From Calditrichia bacterium (lineage in GTDB: Bacteria > Calditrichota > Calditrichia > JAJRVZ01), in NCBI GenBank assembly GCA_963796965.1, contig CAWCNS010000011.1, forward strand, positions 480,001-544,000: a stretch of 64,000 bases of DNA, given 5' to 3'. A program made the translations under genes and the position numbers. Each line of letters starts with the position of its first letter. The first letter of the stretch is position 1. The notes under the pieces are model-generated. The model had not been told where the DNA came from and did no database searches. It saw nothing but the letters and a program-made list of their open reading frames with translations. Shown one piece after another: positions 53,488 to 64,000 of this stretch.

Positions 53488-54788
53488 TGATCCAACCCAA
53501 CTTTGCAAAACAACAAAAATCACTTTATTGGATATTCGGTATCGGTTTGTTGATACTCTTACTTGCCAATGCGCTTGGTTGGATATATCTTCAACGAATT
53601 AAGTCATTTTTTGTATCGGACCTTAGATTTCGTCTCGAGAATATTTCCAGCGTTTCCGCCAGACTAATTGATGCCAATGATCTGGCCTATATAATCCCAG
53701 AAAACAATACATCTCCGGAATATATTTTTTATCAGAACCTGCTTTTTGAACTGAAGGAGACTAATAATCTTCAGGATGTATACGTCATATCTCCGGCATT
53801 AGAAACACTTATCGATTTAGCGCCTGAAATAACCGGTATTGCAAGTCACCGACTGCCTGATAAATCCCTTGTTGAGATTGCATTAAGTGGACGAACAATT
53901 GTCGGCGATATGCAAACACTTGGTGATCATAAGTTCTTGACGGCAGTCACACCTCTGATTGATATTGATAATGTTATCATGGGCATCTTAGTTATAGAAG
54001 CGCCAGCAGAATTCTTTGATATGCTTGATCAGTTCGACAGGGGTTTGTTAATATTCAGTTTTTTGAATGCTTTTCTTATTTTAACTGTAGCGCTGTATTT
54101 AATACGTTCTATTAGAAAAATACTTCATCTGCAAAATCTGATAAAAAATCAGGAGCATCTCGTCGCCCTGGGAGAAATGGCCGCAACTGTTGCCCATGAA
54201 ATCAGAAATCCCCTGGGGATCATTAAGGGCACAAACTCATTGATACAAAAAAAATATGGCCAGACATCGGATGAAGTTTTCTCATATATACCGGCGGAAT
54301 TAGAACGATTAAATAATCTGATCGAAAATTTTCTCACATTTGCCAGAAACCACTCATTTAATACTAAGCCTGTGGATATTGCAGATTTAATAAAGCAAAT
54401 AAAAGTCGGTTTTTCTGAATACGATAATATTGAAATTATCACCGAGCTACCAGAGAACCTTCCAAATATTAACAGTGATAAGAATGCTTTAGAACAGATC
54501 CTGTTAAATATTATTAACAATAGTATTCAGGCCATGCAAAAGGGTAAAATTATCATTCGTTGTGAGTTTGGCAAGCATACATTCTCAATTCATATCATTG
54601 ATGATGGCCCGGGGATACCTTCAAAAATTATTGACCGGGTTTTTGATCCTTTTTTTACAACCAGAGACCAAGGCAGTGGATTGGGGCTTGCTATTTCCCA
54701 GAAACTGGTTCAGCAGTTAAATGGCACAATGACAGTTCAATCAGGTTCAGACAAAGGCACAACGGTCACAATAATCTTCAAACAATAG
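53484..54788 (+). CDS. Membrane sensor histidine kinase
   Basis: Two TMs; LGEMAATVAHEIRNPL; DDGPG; GSGLGL. Confidence 0.92.
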   Translation: MMIQPNFAKQQKSLYWIFGIGLLILLLANALGWIYLQRIKSFFVSDLRFRLENISSVSARLIDANDLAYIIPENNTSPEYIFYQNLLFELKETNNLQDVYVISPALETLIDLAPEITGIASHRLPDKSLVEIALSGRTIVGDMQTLGDHKFLTAVTPLIDIDNVIMGILVIEAPAEFFDMLDQFDRGLLIFSFLNAFLILTVALYLIRSIRKILHLQNLIKNQEHLVALGEMAATVAHEIRNPLGIIKGTNSLIQKKYGQTSDEVFSYIPAELERLNNLIENFLTFARNHSFNTKPVDIADLIKQIKVGFSEYDNIEIITELPENLPNINSDKNALEQILLNIINNSIQAMQKGKIIIRCEFGKHTFSIHIIDDGPGIPSKIIDRVFDPFFTTRDQGSGLGLAISQKLVQQLNGTMTVQSGSDKGTTVTIIFKQ

Positions 54789-54796
54789 TTAACCCA

Positions 54797-56437
54797 ATGA
54801 ATATGAATGAAATTCTTTCTGATAGTGATACAACGCTTATCCTAACCTTACTCTTCCCAGTATTATACGCGGAAACACATTACCGTTTTAAGTACTTCTT
54901 TAGTTATCTAAAAAAAAGAGAGCCGGAAATAATCATTGACATACCTTCAAGGCTGCAAAAAGGCGAATTGCTCCCCATATTACTAATTGTAAAAGATGCA
55001 AATAAATATCCTGTTGAGATTCAAACGCTTACAGTATTTGAGAATGAACAACCACTAGAAAGTTTCCAAATACAGAAACATATCGAGCAGGCATATTTCG
55101 ATACGATAAATAAAATGAGTACATCAAGACTTGAAACGGGTAATCATAACTTTTCTATAGAAGTGCGTTATAGGATCGGGAAAAAGACAAAAAGATGTAT
55201 ATCTGATAATCATCGCGGAACAAGCCACAATCCTTTGCGGATTTATATTTCGGAGGATCCACTGCCCCGCCTGGGAGATTGTCTCTATGGAGAGACCCAT
55301 TGCCATTCTAATTACACCTCTGACCAGGTAGAATTCGGAGCCTCTTTGTCTGCTACTGCTATAATGGCCGAATATCTGGGATTGGATTTTTTCTGCGCCG
55401 CTGATCATTCCTATGATATGGATGATTATGAAGACAACTACCTTTTGAATGATCCGGATCTGAAAAAATGGAAGAAGTTCAAAGCGGAGGTTCAAAGAAT
55501 AAACAAAGCGAAGAATAAGGTGCTCATTATCCCTGGTGAAGAGGTAACAGTCCGCAATACACGTCGACAGAATGTACATTTACTGGTGTATAATTCAGAG
55601 GAGTTCTATCCCGGGAGTGGGGATAGTGGTGAAAAATGGTTTAAGACTTACTCTGAATCGTCCATAGAAGATATCATCAAATTGAAAAGGCAACATGTTT
55701 TCTATTTTGCCGCTCACCCGGCAGAATCCCCACCGTTTTTGCAGAAGATTTTTATTAATCGCGGCGAATGGCGAAATGATGATTGCCGTATACCTGGCCT
55801 AAACGGTCTTCAATTCATTAATGGAGGTGAAGACATATACAAATTGAAAGGCCGAGATTTATGGATTAGGCAATTATTATCGGGGTATAAACTCATAGGA
55901 TTAGCGGGAAATGATGCCCATGGCAATTTTTCAAAATTTAGACAGGTAGGGTTTCCTTTTTTTACCATGCGTGAACATCATTTACATCTTTTTGGGGTAT
56001 GGCGAACCGGGGTTTATTGTGATGGAAAAGAGATAACAGTAGATAACGTATTGGGCCAATTAGGAAATGGTAACTGTTATCTCACAAATGGACCTGCCCT
56101 ACAGATGAGGGTTCAATCAGCAAATGTCTGGTATCCAATGGGATCATCCTGCAACGCACCATCAAAACTCAGGTTAGAATCATTGTCAACTGGAGAGTAC
56201 TCCCCATTAGAAAATATCCAAATCATTGTTGGTGACGTTACCCGTGGTGAAGAGAAGATACTTTTTAAAAAAGAATTTGAAAAGGAAATTTTTCAAAATT
56301 CATTCGAGTTTACTTTCACAGATCTTCCTGTGAATGGCTATATAAGGTCTGAAATAAAAACGCAAGAAGGATTTTTAGCGTTATCAAATCCGATTTGGAT
56401 TGACAAATCCGACTTAATCGCACCAGGTACACATTAA
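54797..56437 (+). CDS. PHP-fold metallohydrolase (CehA/McbA-like)
   Basis: GETHCHS, AADH, PGEEV, HLLV, AAHP, GNDAH. Confidence 0.8.
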   Translation: MNMNEILSDSDTTLILTLLFPVLYAETHYRFKYFFSYLKKREPEIIIDIPSRLQKGELLPILLIVKDANKYPVEIQTLTVFENEQPLESFQIQKHIEQAYFDTINKMSTSRLETGNHNFSIEVRYRIGKKTKRCISDNHRGTSHNPLRIYISEDPLPRLGDCLYGETHCHSNYTSDQVEFGASLSATAIMAEYLGLDFFCAADHSYDMDDYEDNYLLNDPDLKKWKKFKAEVQRINKAKNKVLIIPGEEVTVRNTRRQNVHLLVYNSEEFYPGSGDSGEKWFKTYSESSIEDIIKLKRQHVFYFAAHPAESPPFLQKIFINRGEWRNDDCRIPGLNGLQFINGGEDIYKLKGRDLWIRQLLSGYKLIGLAGNDAHGNFSKFRQVGFPFFTMREHHLHLFGVWRTGVYCDGKEITVDNVLGQLGNGNCYLTNGPALQMRVQSANVWYPMGSSCNAPSKLRLESLSTGEYSPLENIQIIVGDVTRGEEKILFKKEFEKEIFQNSFEFTFTDLPVNGYIRSEIKTQEGFLALSNPIWIDKSDLIAPGTH

Positions 56438-56478
56438 TTGATTAAGTAATTGCAGTAACATAGAAATAGGAATAAATC

Positions 56479-57638
<1,160 letters not shown>

Positions 57639-57642
57639 GAGA

Positions 57643-60416
57643 TTACTTCACCAACAACATCTTCTTTGAAAGAACTCCTTCATTGGTCTTCAGCCTGTAG
57701 AAGTAAATACCTGTTGGCACCTGGTTGCCGTTTCTGTTTTTACCATCCCATACAATTTCATGGGATCCCGCTATTTTAACTTCATCACTTAGAATGAGCA
57801 ACCTCCCTGCCCAGCACATCAAATATACTCAAATTGACAGGTCCCTGGCGGGTGAGATCAAAACGAATGGTTGTGGTAGGATTAAAGGGATTGGGATAAT
57901 TTTGATCAAGGCTAAAGGTTCGTGCAATTTTCCCAGGTGTTTCATCAATTGCATTGACATATTCAATCCTGATATTTTCAGATTTCAACTGAAGATTATA
58001 GGCGCTGCTAAAAACCTCTCCGAGTTTTCGCCACTGGTCAAAGAGAAATATTTCTGAATAATTTTCAGCATATTCAGTTTGACCATTATCAAATTTTATT
58101 TTAATACTGTCTCCCCCGATCAGAAAGCATAAGTACAATGTGATAGTTCTCACCACTCTGAACCGTTGCATTTGCGTCCAATAAATTGATATAATTATCT
58201 GTGCCCGGGTCTAGCAGGTCAAGTGAATGCGCAATGGTGGATCCATACTGATTGCCTGGAAACCCATTATCATCCTGATGGATGGATACGAGTAAATTTC
58301 CATCTCCCTTAATGATGGGATTAACATCCGGATGGTTGATAAGCGTCAAAAGGTACGCACCTGATATCTTTCCCGAGAACGGGGCAGTATAACGGATAGC
58401 AAACCTTTCCATACCTGTGAATGCATAATAGGGGCCTTCAGGTGTAGATACATAGCTGACAATTTCTCTGGTAAGAACTGAGTCTTGCGTTTGCTGTTTT
58501 GCAACGGCCTGCAAGATATCCATCTTCCCGTAACCCCAGGTATTATTGGGCGTAGATTGTGTATTATCATCCGATCTTGCGGTATTTCCCAACAACGATT
58601 TAATTTCATCCACCGTAAGAGATGGGTTATTTGATAATAATAAGGCAGAGGCTCCTGTCACATGCGGTGCGGACATTGAGGTACCCTGCGACAAAAAGTG
58701 GATATTGTCAGGATTAATCCAAACATCGCCTTCACTCTCTTCCAATTGGTTGGAAAGAGCCGCAACAATTCCTTTACCCGGTGCAGTGATTTCGGGCTTC
58801 ATACGTCCATCTCGTGTCGGACCCTGACTACTAAACACAGCAATGTCACCAGGCTCATCACCATCTGTATAGGAGTATTGACCACCGTTAACCGATGGCC
58901 AGGTAACCTTGGTTACATAGGCACCAACTGTGATTGCCTTATTTGCCGTGCCAGGCATTGCCACAGATTTGTCATTATCTCCATTTTGAAGTAAAACCCG
59001 GGAGGCTGGCTCTCCAATCAAATTATCTGATAACCAGCCGTCATAGCTGATAGAGGTACTTACTCCTATTAATTCAAGCGTCCAAACCCCTTCTGCCGGG
59101 GTATTTCCCAATAATGCATCATATACCTCCAGTCCAATTGTCCGCTTGTTCCCCGATATAGTCAAATTTTCCAAATAAATCTTTCCATCACTGTCATCAG
59201 CTGCTGTTCCGGCAGAACTCGTGCGTTCATATACAACCCCATTCGGTGAGGTTACCTTTGCTGTCACTGTGGCGCTCCCATCGTACCATACATTAAATGA
59301 GAAATCATCATTGCTGGATCCTGATTCAGGTGTATAGGAAGGAACCGTAATCTGAAAAGTCCCATTTCCACCACTTGCAATACTCCCGGAAATATGCATC
59401 TCATCAGCGCCATCATTACCAGCAGATACAACCACCACCCGTCCCGGTTTATTACTAAAATTATCTATCGCTTCTTCGTAGGATCGGGTACCATCATGAG
59501 GGCCATCCTGACCACCCAAACTGAGATTGACAATGATTGGTTTGCCAAGGGTGGTTGCCTTTTGCTCGGCATAGGTTAAAGCATCGATAATATTATCCTC
59601 AGAGAAACTGCCGTTACCACCTTTGACGACAATAATATCAGCCTCAGGAGCCATACCTCCAAATTTTATACCTGATCCCGCAGCGGTTCCTGCCACGTGG
59701 GATCCATGCCCATTTGAATCCTCTTCACGAACAAATCCCGAAGGTGAACCATCAATCTCATCATCAATATCAGACTTTGTATATTCCACGCCATAATTAA
59801 ATCCCGAAGGCCGCGATTCTCCGGCCTCAAGACCCAAAAGTGTTTGATCCCATATATATAGAATTCTGCTCTTGGTTGGATCCTCAGGATCTTTAAAATC
59901 AATATGATTCCAATCGATACCCGAATCAAATATCAGAACGAGTACATCCTTGCCTTTATACTTAGTATTATTAAGAGCCCCGTTGTGCAATAGGGCGGTC
60001 CCATTCTGGGGCAAACTGACATTCGTTGCCGGGTAAGAGATAGTTGGCGCATCGATATACGCGACTTCATTTATGTTTGATAACCGCTTCAGTTCATCAA
60101 TTGAAACTTTTGCCGTTACAAATTCAGGATAAACAGAATTGTATGGGATTTCAGCTTCATCCAAAATATGACTATTAGTAGTTCTTATCAAAACACCAAT
60201 CTTTGCTATTTCCGGATTTGAAGAAATAGGATCCCCATTTAGTTTCAGTAGTATGTGAGATGGGTCGCTCTCTGTTACAAGTGATACCAATCTTGGATGT
60301 ATCTTAGTCAAATCTGCATCAGCGCTAAAAACTGTGCCATTTATTAAAATCGTAAAAAGTATTGAGACCAGAATCATTTGCGATTTAAAAATACGCCCCA
60401 TTATAACAGCCTCCAT
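57643..60416 (-). CDS. Secreted subtilisin-family (S8) protease with C-terminal sorting domain; frameshifts near 58110 and 57790
   Basis: [33 protein letters not shown] triad; [13 protein letters not shown]...FDVLGREV...KKMLLVK terminus. Confidence 0.9.
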
Positions 60417-60779
60417 TTAATGTATAGAATTCTTGGTACTATGGTTGATGAATATAACAGATTTTAAATTTGCAAGCCTTCGAATATCTTCTTTGGTAAG
60501 TTTTGCTGTAATAATATTTCCGGAATGGCTATTAATATGAATCCCTGATTTTTTTATATCCTCAACATCTTCCGTTTTAATAATAACCCCATATAGAACC
60601 GTGCCATCATCTTGTCGGTAAATACTGTATTTACTTTCATTGATATCTTCACCCAAAACCAATTGTTGTAGAAACGGATCTAGTTTCTCCTGTTCTACCT
60701 GGTTTAAAGTTTGATTATGGCCACAGTTCTGCAAGACTACCATAAGCGAGAGCATTATTATAATTAATTGTTTTTTCAT
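60417..60779 (-). CDS. Lipoprotein homologous to the adjacent S8 propeptide
   Basis: Lipobox LQNC; KLDPFL...YGVIIKT...IITAKL...IRRLANL aligns with the protease N-terminus; stop abuts the protease ATG. Confidence 0.8.
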   Translation of the reverse strand: MKKQLIIIMLSLMVVLQNCGHNQTLNQVEQEKLDPFLQQLVLGEDINESKYSIYRQDDGTVLYGVIIKTEDVEDIKKSGIHINSHSGNIITAKLTKEDIRRLANLKSVIFINHSTKNSIH

Positions 60780-60990
60780 ATTATAGTTTTCTTATTCTAT
60801 CGGATAAACTTATTATTGCAATGATTTTATTCCGTTAATAATATTTTAGATTTCTGAAAAATTATTCTCAATATATTTAGAATGTACTTATATGGAGAAC
60901 TAACGGATGTGTTAATTGTCACAAGAATTGGGACACCCCCATTCACTTCATGAAACAATTTGTCAGACAGACTTTCTGCATATGATGAAT

Positions 60991-61031
60991 AAAAAAAGAG
61001 CCTTTAATCCTCAAAACTTGGATTAAAGGCT
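60991..61031 (-). terminator. Rho-independent terminator of the TPR-manC-PilZ operon
   Basis: AGCCTTTAATCC-9 nt-GGATTAAAGGCT preceded on + strand by A7. Confidence 0.75.
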
Positions 61032-61152
61032 AAAAGATAATTTTTCAAGATTGGAGATAAAAATCTGGCTTTCCTTTTAAACAGGATGAAGATAATTTCA
61101 GGCTAATGGTTATACGGGATATATATTACCACCTTTTCAATGATAATTAAGA

Positions 61153-61497
61153 TTACTCCAGTATTTCAGGGAACTCTTCAGAAATTTTTTTTAGTTGATC
61201 CTCTGAAATTTCTGAGAATTCAATTCCAATATTATATTGATCTTCACTATTTTTATCCACATTTCTTACGATACCTTTGACTTTGATCAGATCTTCTGTT
61301 AAAGCAATGGTTAACTCCACCGTTGATCCCACTTCAAACGCAGTCCGATTTTCAACAGCGACGCCGCTCTGGCTGATATCTTTTGTTTTAGCCATTCCTT
61401 CGTCACACACGCGGTTTTCAGAATCAAATACACGGTATGATATAAACTGATCTGAATCCAATCGCGGAGACTTGCGGTCCTGATTTGACATACTCAT
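61153..61497 (-). CDS. Stand-alone PilZ domain protein
   Basis: RKSPR (RxxxR), DISQSG (DxSxxG), IGIEF. Confidence 0.88.
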   Translation of the reverse strand: MSMSNQDRKSPRLDSDQFISYRVFDSENRVCDEGMAKTKDISQSGVAVENRTAFEVGSTVELTIALTEDLIKVKGIVRNVDKNSEDQYNIGIEFSEISEDQLKKISEEFPEILE

Positions 61498-61757
61498 TCC
61501 TCCCTTGATGCCTCTGATTTTGACAATAATTCTTCAATCGACTGGGGTAATTCAATGTCGGTGAGATTCATCTTCTCAAGTTCACCCAATATGAGGGCGA
61601 TATGGTGTTCTTCCTTATCGGCTCTATTGAGATAAATGAAATTTTGATCTCTGTAACGACACAGACCTCCTCTAAAATACCCTTTTCTATATTTTAATTC
61701 AATAGATAGACTATTAAGTAATGTTTCAAGTTCTTTTAGTATTTGATCTTTTTCCAT
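61494..61757 (-). CDS. Conserved-looking hypothetical protein
   Basis: KGYFRGGLC...IYLNR; overlaps the PilZ start (ATGA). Confidence 0.7.
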   Translation of the reverse strand: MEKDQILKELETLLNSLSIELKYRKGYFRGGLCRYRDQNFIYLNRADKEEHHIALILGELEKMNLTDIELPQSIEELLSKSEASREE

Positions 61758-61813
61758 ACGACCTGATAAAATATATGATTATAATATATTTCGCACAAGA
61801 ATTCTATAATATT

Positions 61814-62890
61814 TTACAGATATGAATTCATTTTTTTTCTATTCAAATAATCAACAATATGTTTCACATCCTGAGATCGGTTTTTTTTGCAGATAAGGAT
61901 GGCATCATCCATATCCACAACAATCAGATCTTCCACATCAATTGCAGCGATAATCTTCTTAGGGGCATGAAAAAAATTATTTTTTGCATCTATCAATATG
62001 TTTTTCTTTGAGATACAAACATTTGCTTCTTTATCCTGCTGGGAAATATTATAAACCGCCTCCCATGATCCCAGGTCATTCCAGTCAAATGTTGATTTAA
62101 TTACAACAACATTTTGCGCTGCTTCCATAATACCATAATCAATCGATATCGACTTCGTACGTGCGTAAACCTTTGCAAGAATTTTGTTGAATCCCGGACG
62201 CCCAACATGATTATTTATTAGGGTTAAATCTTCATATAATTCCGGGAGATGCTCTTCAAATTCTCTCAGAAGCGTCCTTACTGACCAAATAAACATGCCG
62301 CTATTCCACAAGAAATCACCACTCTTAATAAATCTCTCGGCCGTTTCAAGATTAGGTTTTTCTGCAAAGGTTCTCACATTAAAGAGGTCTTTTCCTTTTG
62401 CAGAATATATTTTTTTGTCCACTTGGATATAGCCATACCCCGTCTCCGGGAAGGTTGGCAATATTCCAAGAGTAACTAAAGCATCATGGTCACGCGCATA
62501 TTCGATGCCAACGCGGAGCGTTTTACGAAAATCAGTGAGATTGGAGACAAGATGATCTGCTGGTAGTACTACCATTATTTCATTCTTATCAGAACGATTT
62601 TTAATCAGGCTTGCAGCAAGGCCTATGCAGGGTGCTGTATTCTTACCCTCTGGTTCACCAATAATATTTTCTTTCGGTATTGCTGGCAGTTGTTTTTCAA
62701 CTTCTCTGCATAGATCTTTATTTGTAATAACTATAATTTTGGCATCTTCAGTCAGCGATTTCACCCGGTCGTATGTTTGCTGAAGCATCGTTTTCTTACC
62801 GGTAAAACTGAGCAATTGTTTTGGGAAGGCTTTTCGACTCATTGGCCAAAATCGTGTTCCCATTCCTCCTGCCATCAGAACAGCATACAT
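61814..62890 (-). CDS. manC: Mannose-1-phosphate guanylyltransferase
   Basis: MAGGMGTRFWPMSR..PKQLL, EPEGKNTAP, PADH, ETGYGYI, WNSGMF, WNDLGSW. Confidence 0.93.
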   Translation of the reverse strand: MYAVLMAGGMGTRFWPMSRKAFPKQLLSFTGKKTMLQQTYDRVKSLTEDAKIIVITNKDLCREVEKQLPAIPKENIIGEPEGKNTAPCIGLAASLIKNRSDKNEIMVVLPADHLVSNLTDFRKTLRVGIEYARDHDALVTLGILPTFPETGYGYIQVDKKIYSAKGKDLFNVRTFAEKPNLETAERFIKSGDFLWNSGMFIWSVRTLLREFEEHLPELYEDLTLINNHVGRPGFNKILAKVYARTKSISIDYGIMEAAQNVVVIKSTFDWNDLGSWEAVYNISQQDKEANVCISKKNILIDAKNNFFHAPKKIIAAIDVEDLIVVDMDDAILICKKNRSQDVKHIVDYLNRKKMNSYL

Positions 62891-62944
62891 ACACTATCAT
62901 CCTTTTATCTGAGACCAAATGTTAAAGCATTTTATTCTAATTAT

Positions 62945-63910
62945 CTAGTTGCTTGATGATGGATCTTTTTGAATTTTCACAAGACTGTCTTTTGCATATT
63001 GATCGGCCGGATTTATATCCAAAACTGTTTGGAAAACTCTCTGAGCATTCTTGTTTTCACCCATTAACATATATGTCTCACCCAGGCTATTCAAAGCGAT
63101 TACGTATCTTTTCTTTAATGAAATTGCCCTTAGAAAGAGTTTTACTGCATCTTGATACCTACCGGCTACTTTGTAGACATAGCCCATATTATTTATTGCC
63201 TCAGCATAGTCTTTTTTGAGTATGAGAGCCTTATTCAGATGCTCATATGTCGCATCAAGACTATCTGCATAATAATAAGCTACTGCCAGATTGTTATGAA
63301 CCTCTGGATTATTGGCATCCATTAGCAATATTTTTTCGTAGAACTCAATTTGCTTGTCATAATCATCCAGTTTAGCTGCCTGCTCTGTCAATTCAAAAAC
63401 TTCTCTCTGCAACTCACCGCTCATTATCTTTTTTGTGGTTTCATAATTTAATTTAGCAGCGGTATATTCCGGATTGATATCTAAAGCCTTTTTAAACGCC
63501 TTCTGGGCCTTACCATACTTTTTTTGAAGAAAAAGATCATACCCTAAATTATTATAGGCCTCATAGTAATTGGTATCCAACTCGGTAGCTATTACAAAAT
63601 GCTTTGAAGCATCCTCATATTGATTAAGATTATAATAGGCTATACCAATAAAATTATGTACCTCCGCATCACCTGGAATAAGTTCAAGAGCTTTTTGCCA
63701 GGAAGATACAGCTTTCCGGTAATCACCTTTTTGATAATATTCTACACCCTCAGTAACATCATTCTCAGCCTTCATCAAGACCTCAGAGCTTATTTCCGGC
63801 TCAATCTCTCGGGGCTCTTCCTTTGGTTCTGGTGGGGGGGTGCTGCTACTAAACCATGCACATGAAGATATAAATATTACCCCGATCACGAAAATCAGTA
63901 CGCGTTTCAT
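62945..63910 (-). CDS. Multi-TPR lipoprotein
   Basis: Lipobox ISSC; repeated AYNNLG/VHNNLA/AINNMG TPRs. Confidence 0.9.
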   Translation of the reverse strand: MKRVLIFVIGVIFISSCAWFSSSTPPPEPKEEPREIEPEISSEVLMKAENDVTEGVEYYQKGDYRKAVSSWQKALELIPGDAEVHNFIGIAYYNLNQYEDASKHFVIATELDTNYYEAYNNLGYDLFLQKKYGKAQKAFKKALDINPEYTAAKLNYETTKKIMSGELQREVFELTEQAAKLDDYDKQIEFYEKILLMDANNPEVHNNLAVAYYYADSLDATYEHLNKALILKKDYAEAINNMGYVYKVAGRYQDAVKLFLRAISLKKRYVIALNSLGETYMLMGENKNAQRVFQTVLDINPADQYAKDSLVKIQKDPSSSN

Positions 63911-64000
63911 GAAATTTCCTCCTCAATATATGTGCCTCTATAAATTACTTTTACAGGTCCTTCTAAAAAAATAGTACCATGCTTCTCATTTATTGATACA

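Noticed and set aside
56438..56478. SAM riboswitch before metF
   Set aside because: Only 41 nt separate metF from the upstream gene

Overview
AT-rich, gene-dense bacterial chromosome segment, probably from a Calditrichaeota/FCB-type organism. That placement is an inference from the [12 protein letters not shown] C-terminal sorting domain, a GWxTD protein and many sigma54 regulators. It carries housekeeping genes (mnmA, rsfS, argS, gltX, glgX, metF, manC), an iron/cobalamin ABC importer, a maeB-ldh-ptb-buk catabolic operon, three NtrC-family regulators, four histidine kinases, a tetraheme cytochrome and a secreted S8 protease. About 20 frameshifts, mostly +1, split otherwise intact genes and look like long-read assembly errors. 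I found no tRNA, rRNA, CRISPR array, transposase or prophage. Highlights: (1) a sensor kinase whose extracytoplasmic part is a 7-bladed FG-GAP/VCBS propeller plus an ASPIC/UnbV domain, followed by an NtrC regulator, tandem enhancer-like sites, a -24/-12 promoter and a lipoprotein + FadL-like barrel operon; (2) a stand-alone lipoprotein homologous to the propeptide of the adjacent S8 protease; (3) a stand-alone His-less DHp (pseudo-HisKA) gene before a hybrid kinase; (4) several families of intergenic inverted elements built from short 7-, 8- and 9/10-nt periodic repeats, including nested and collapsed copies.
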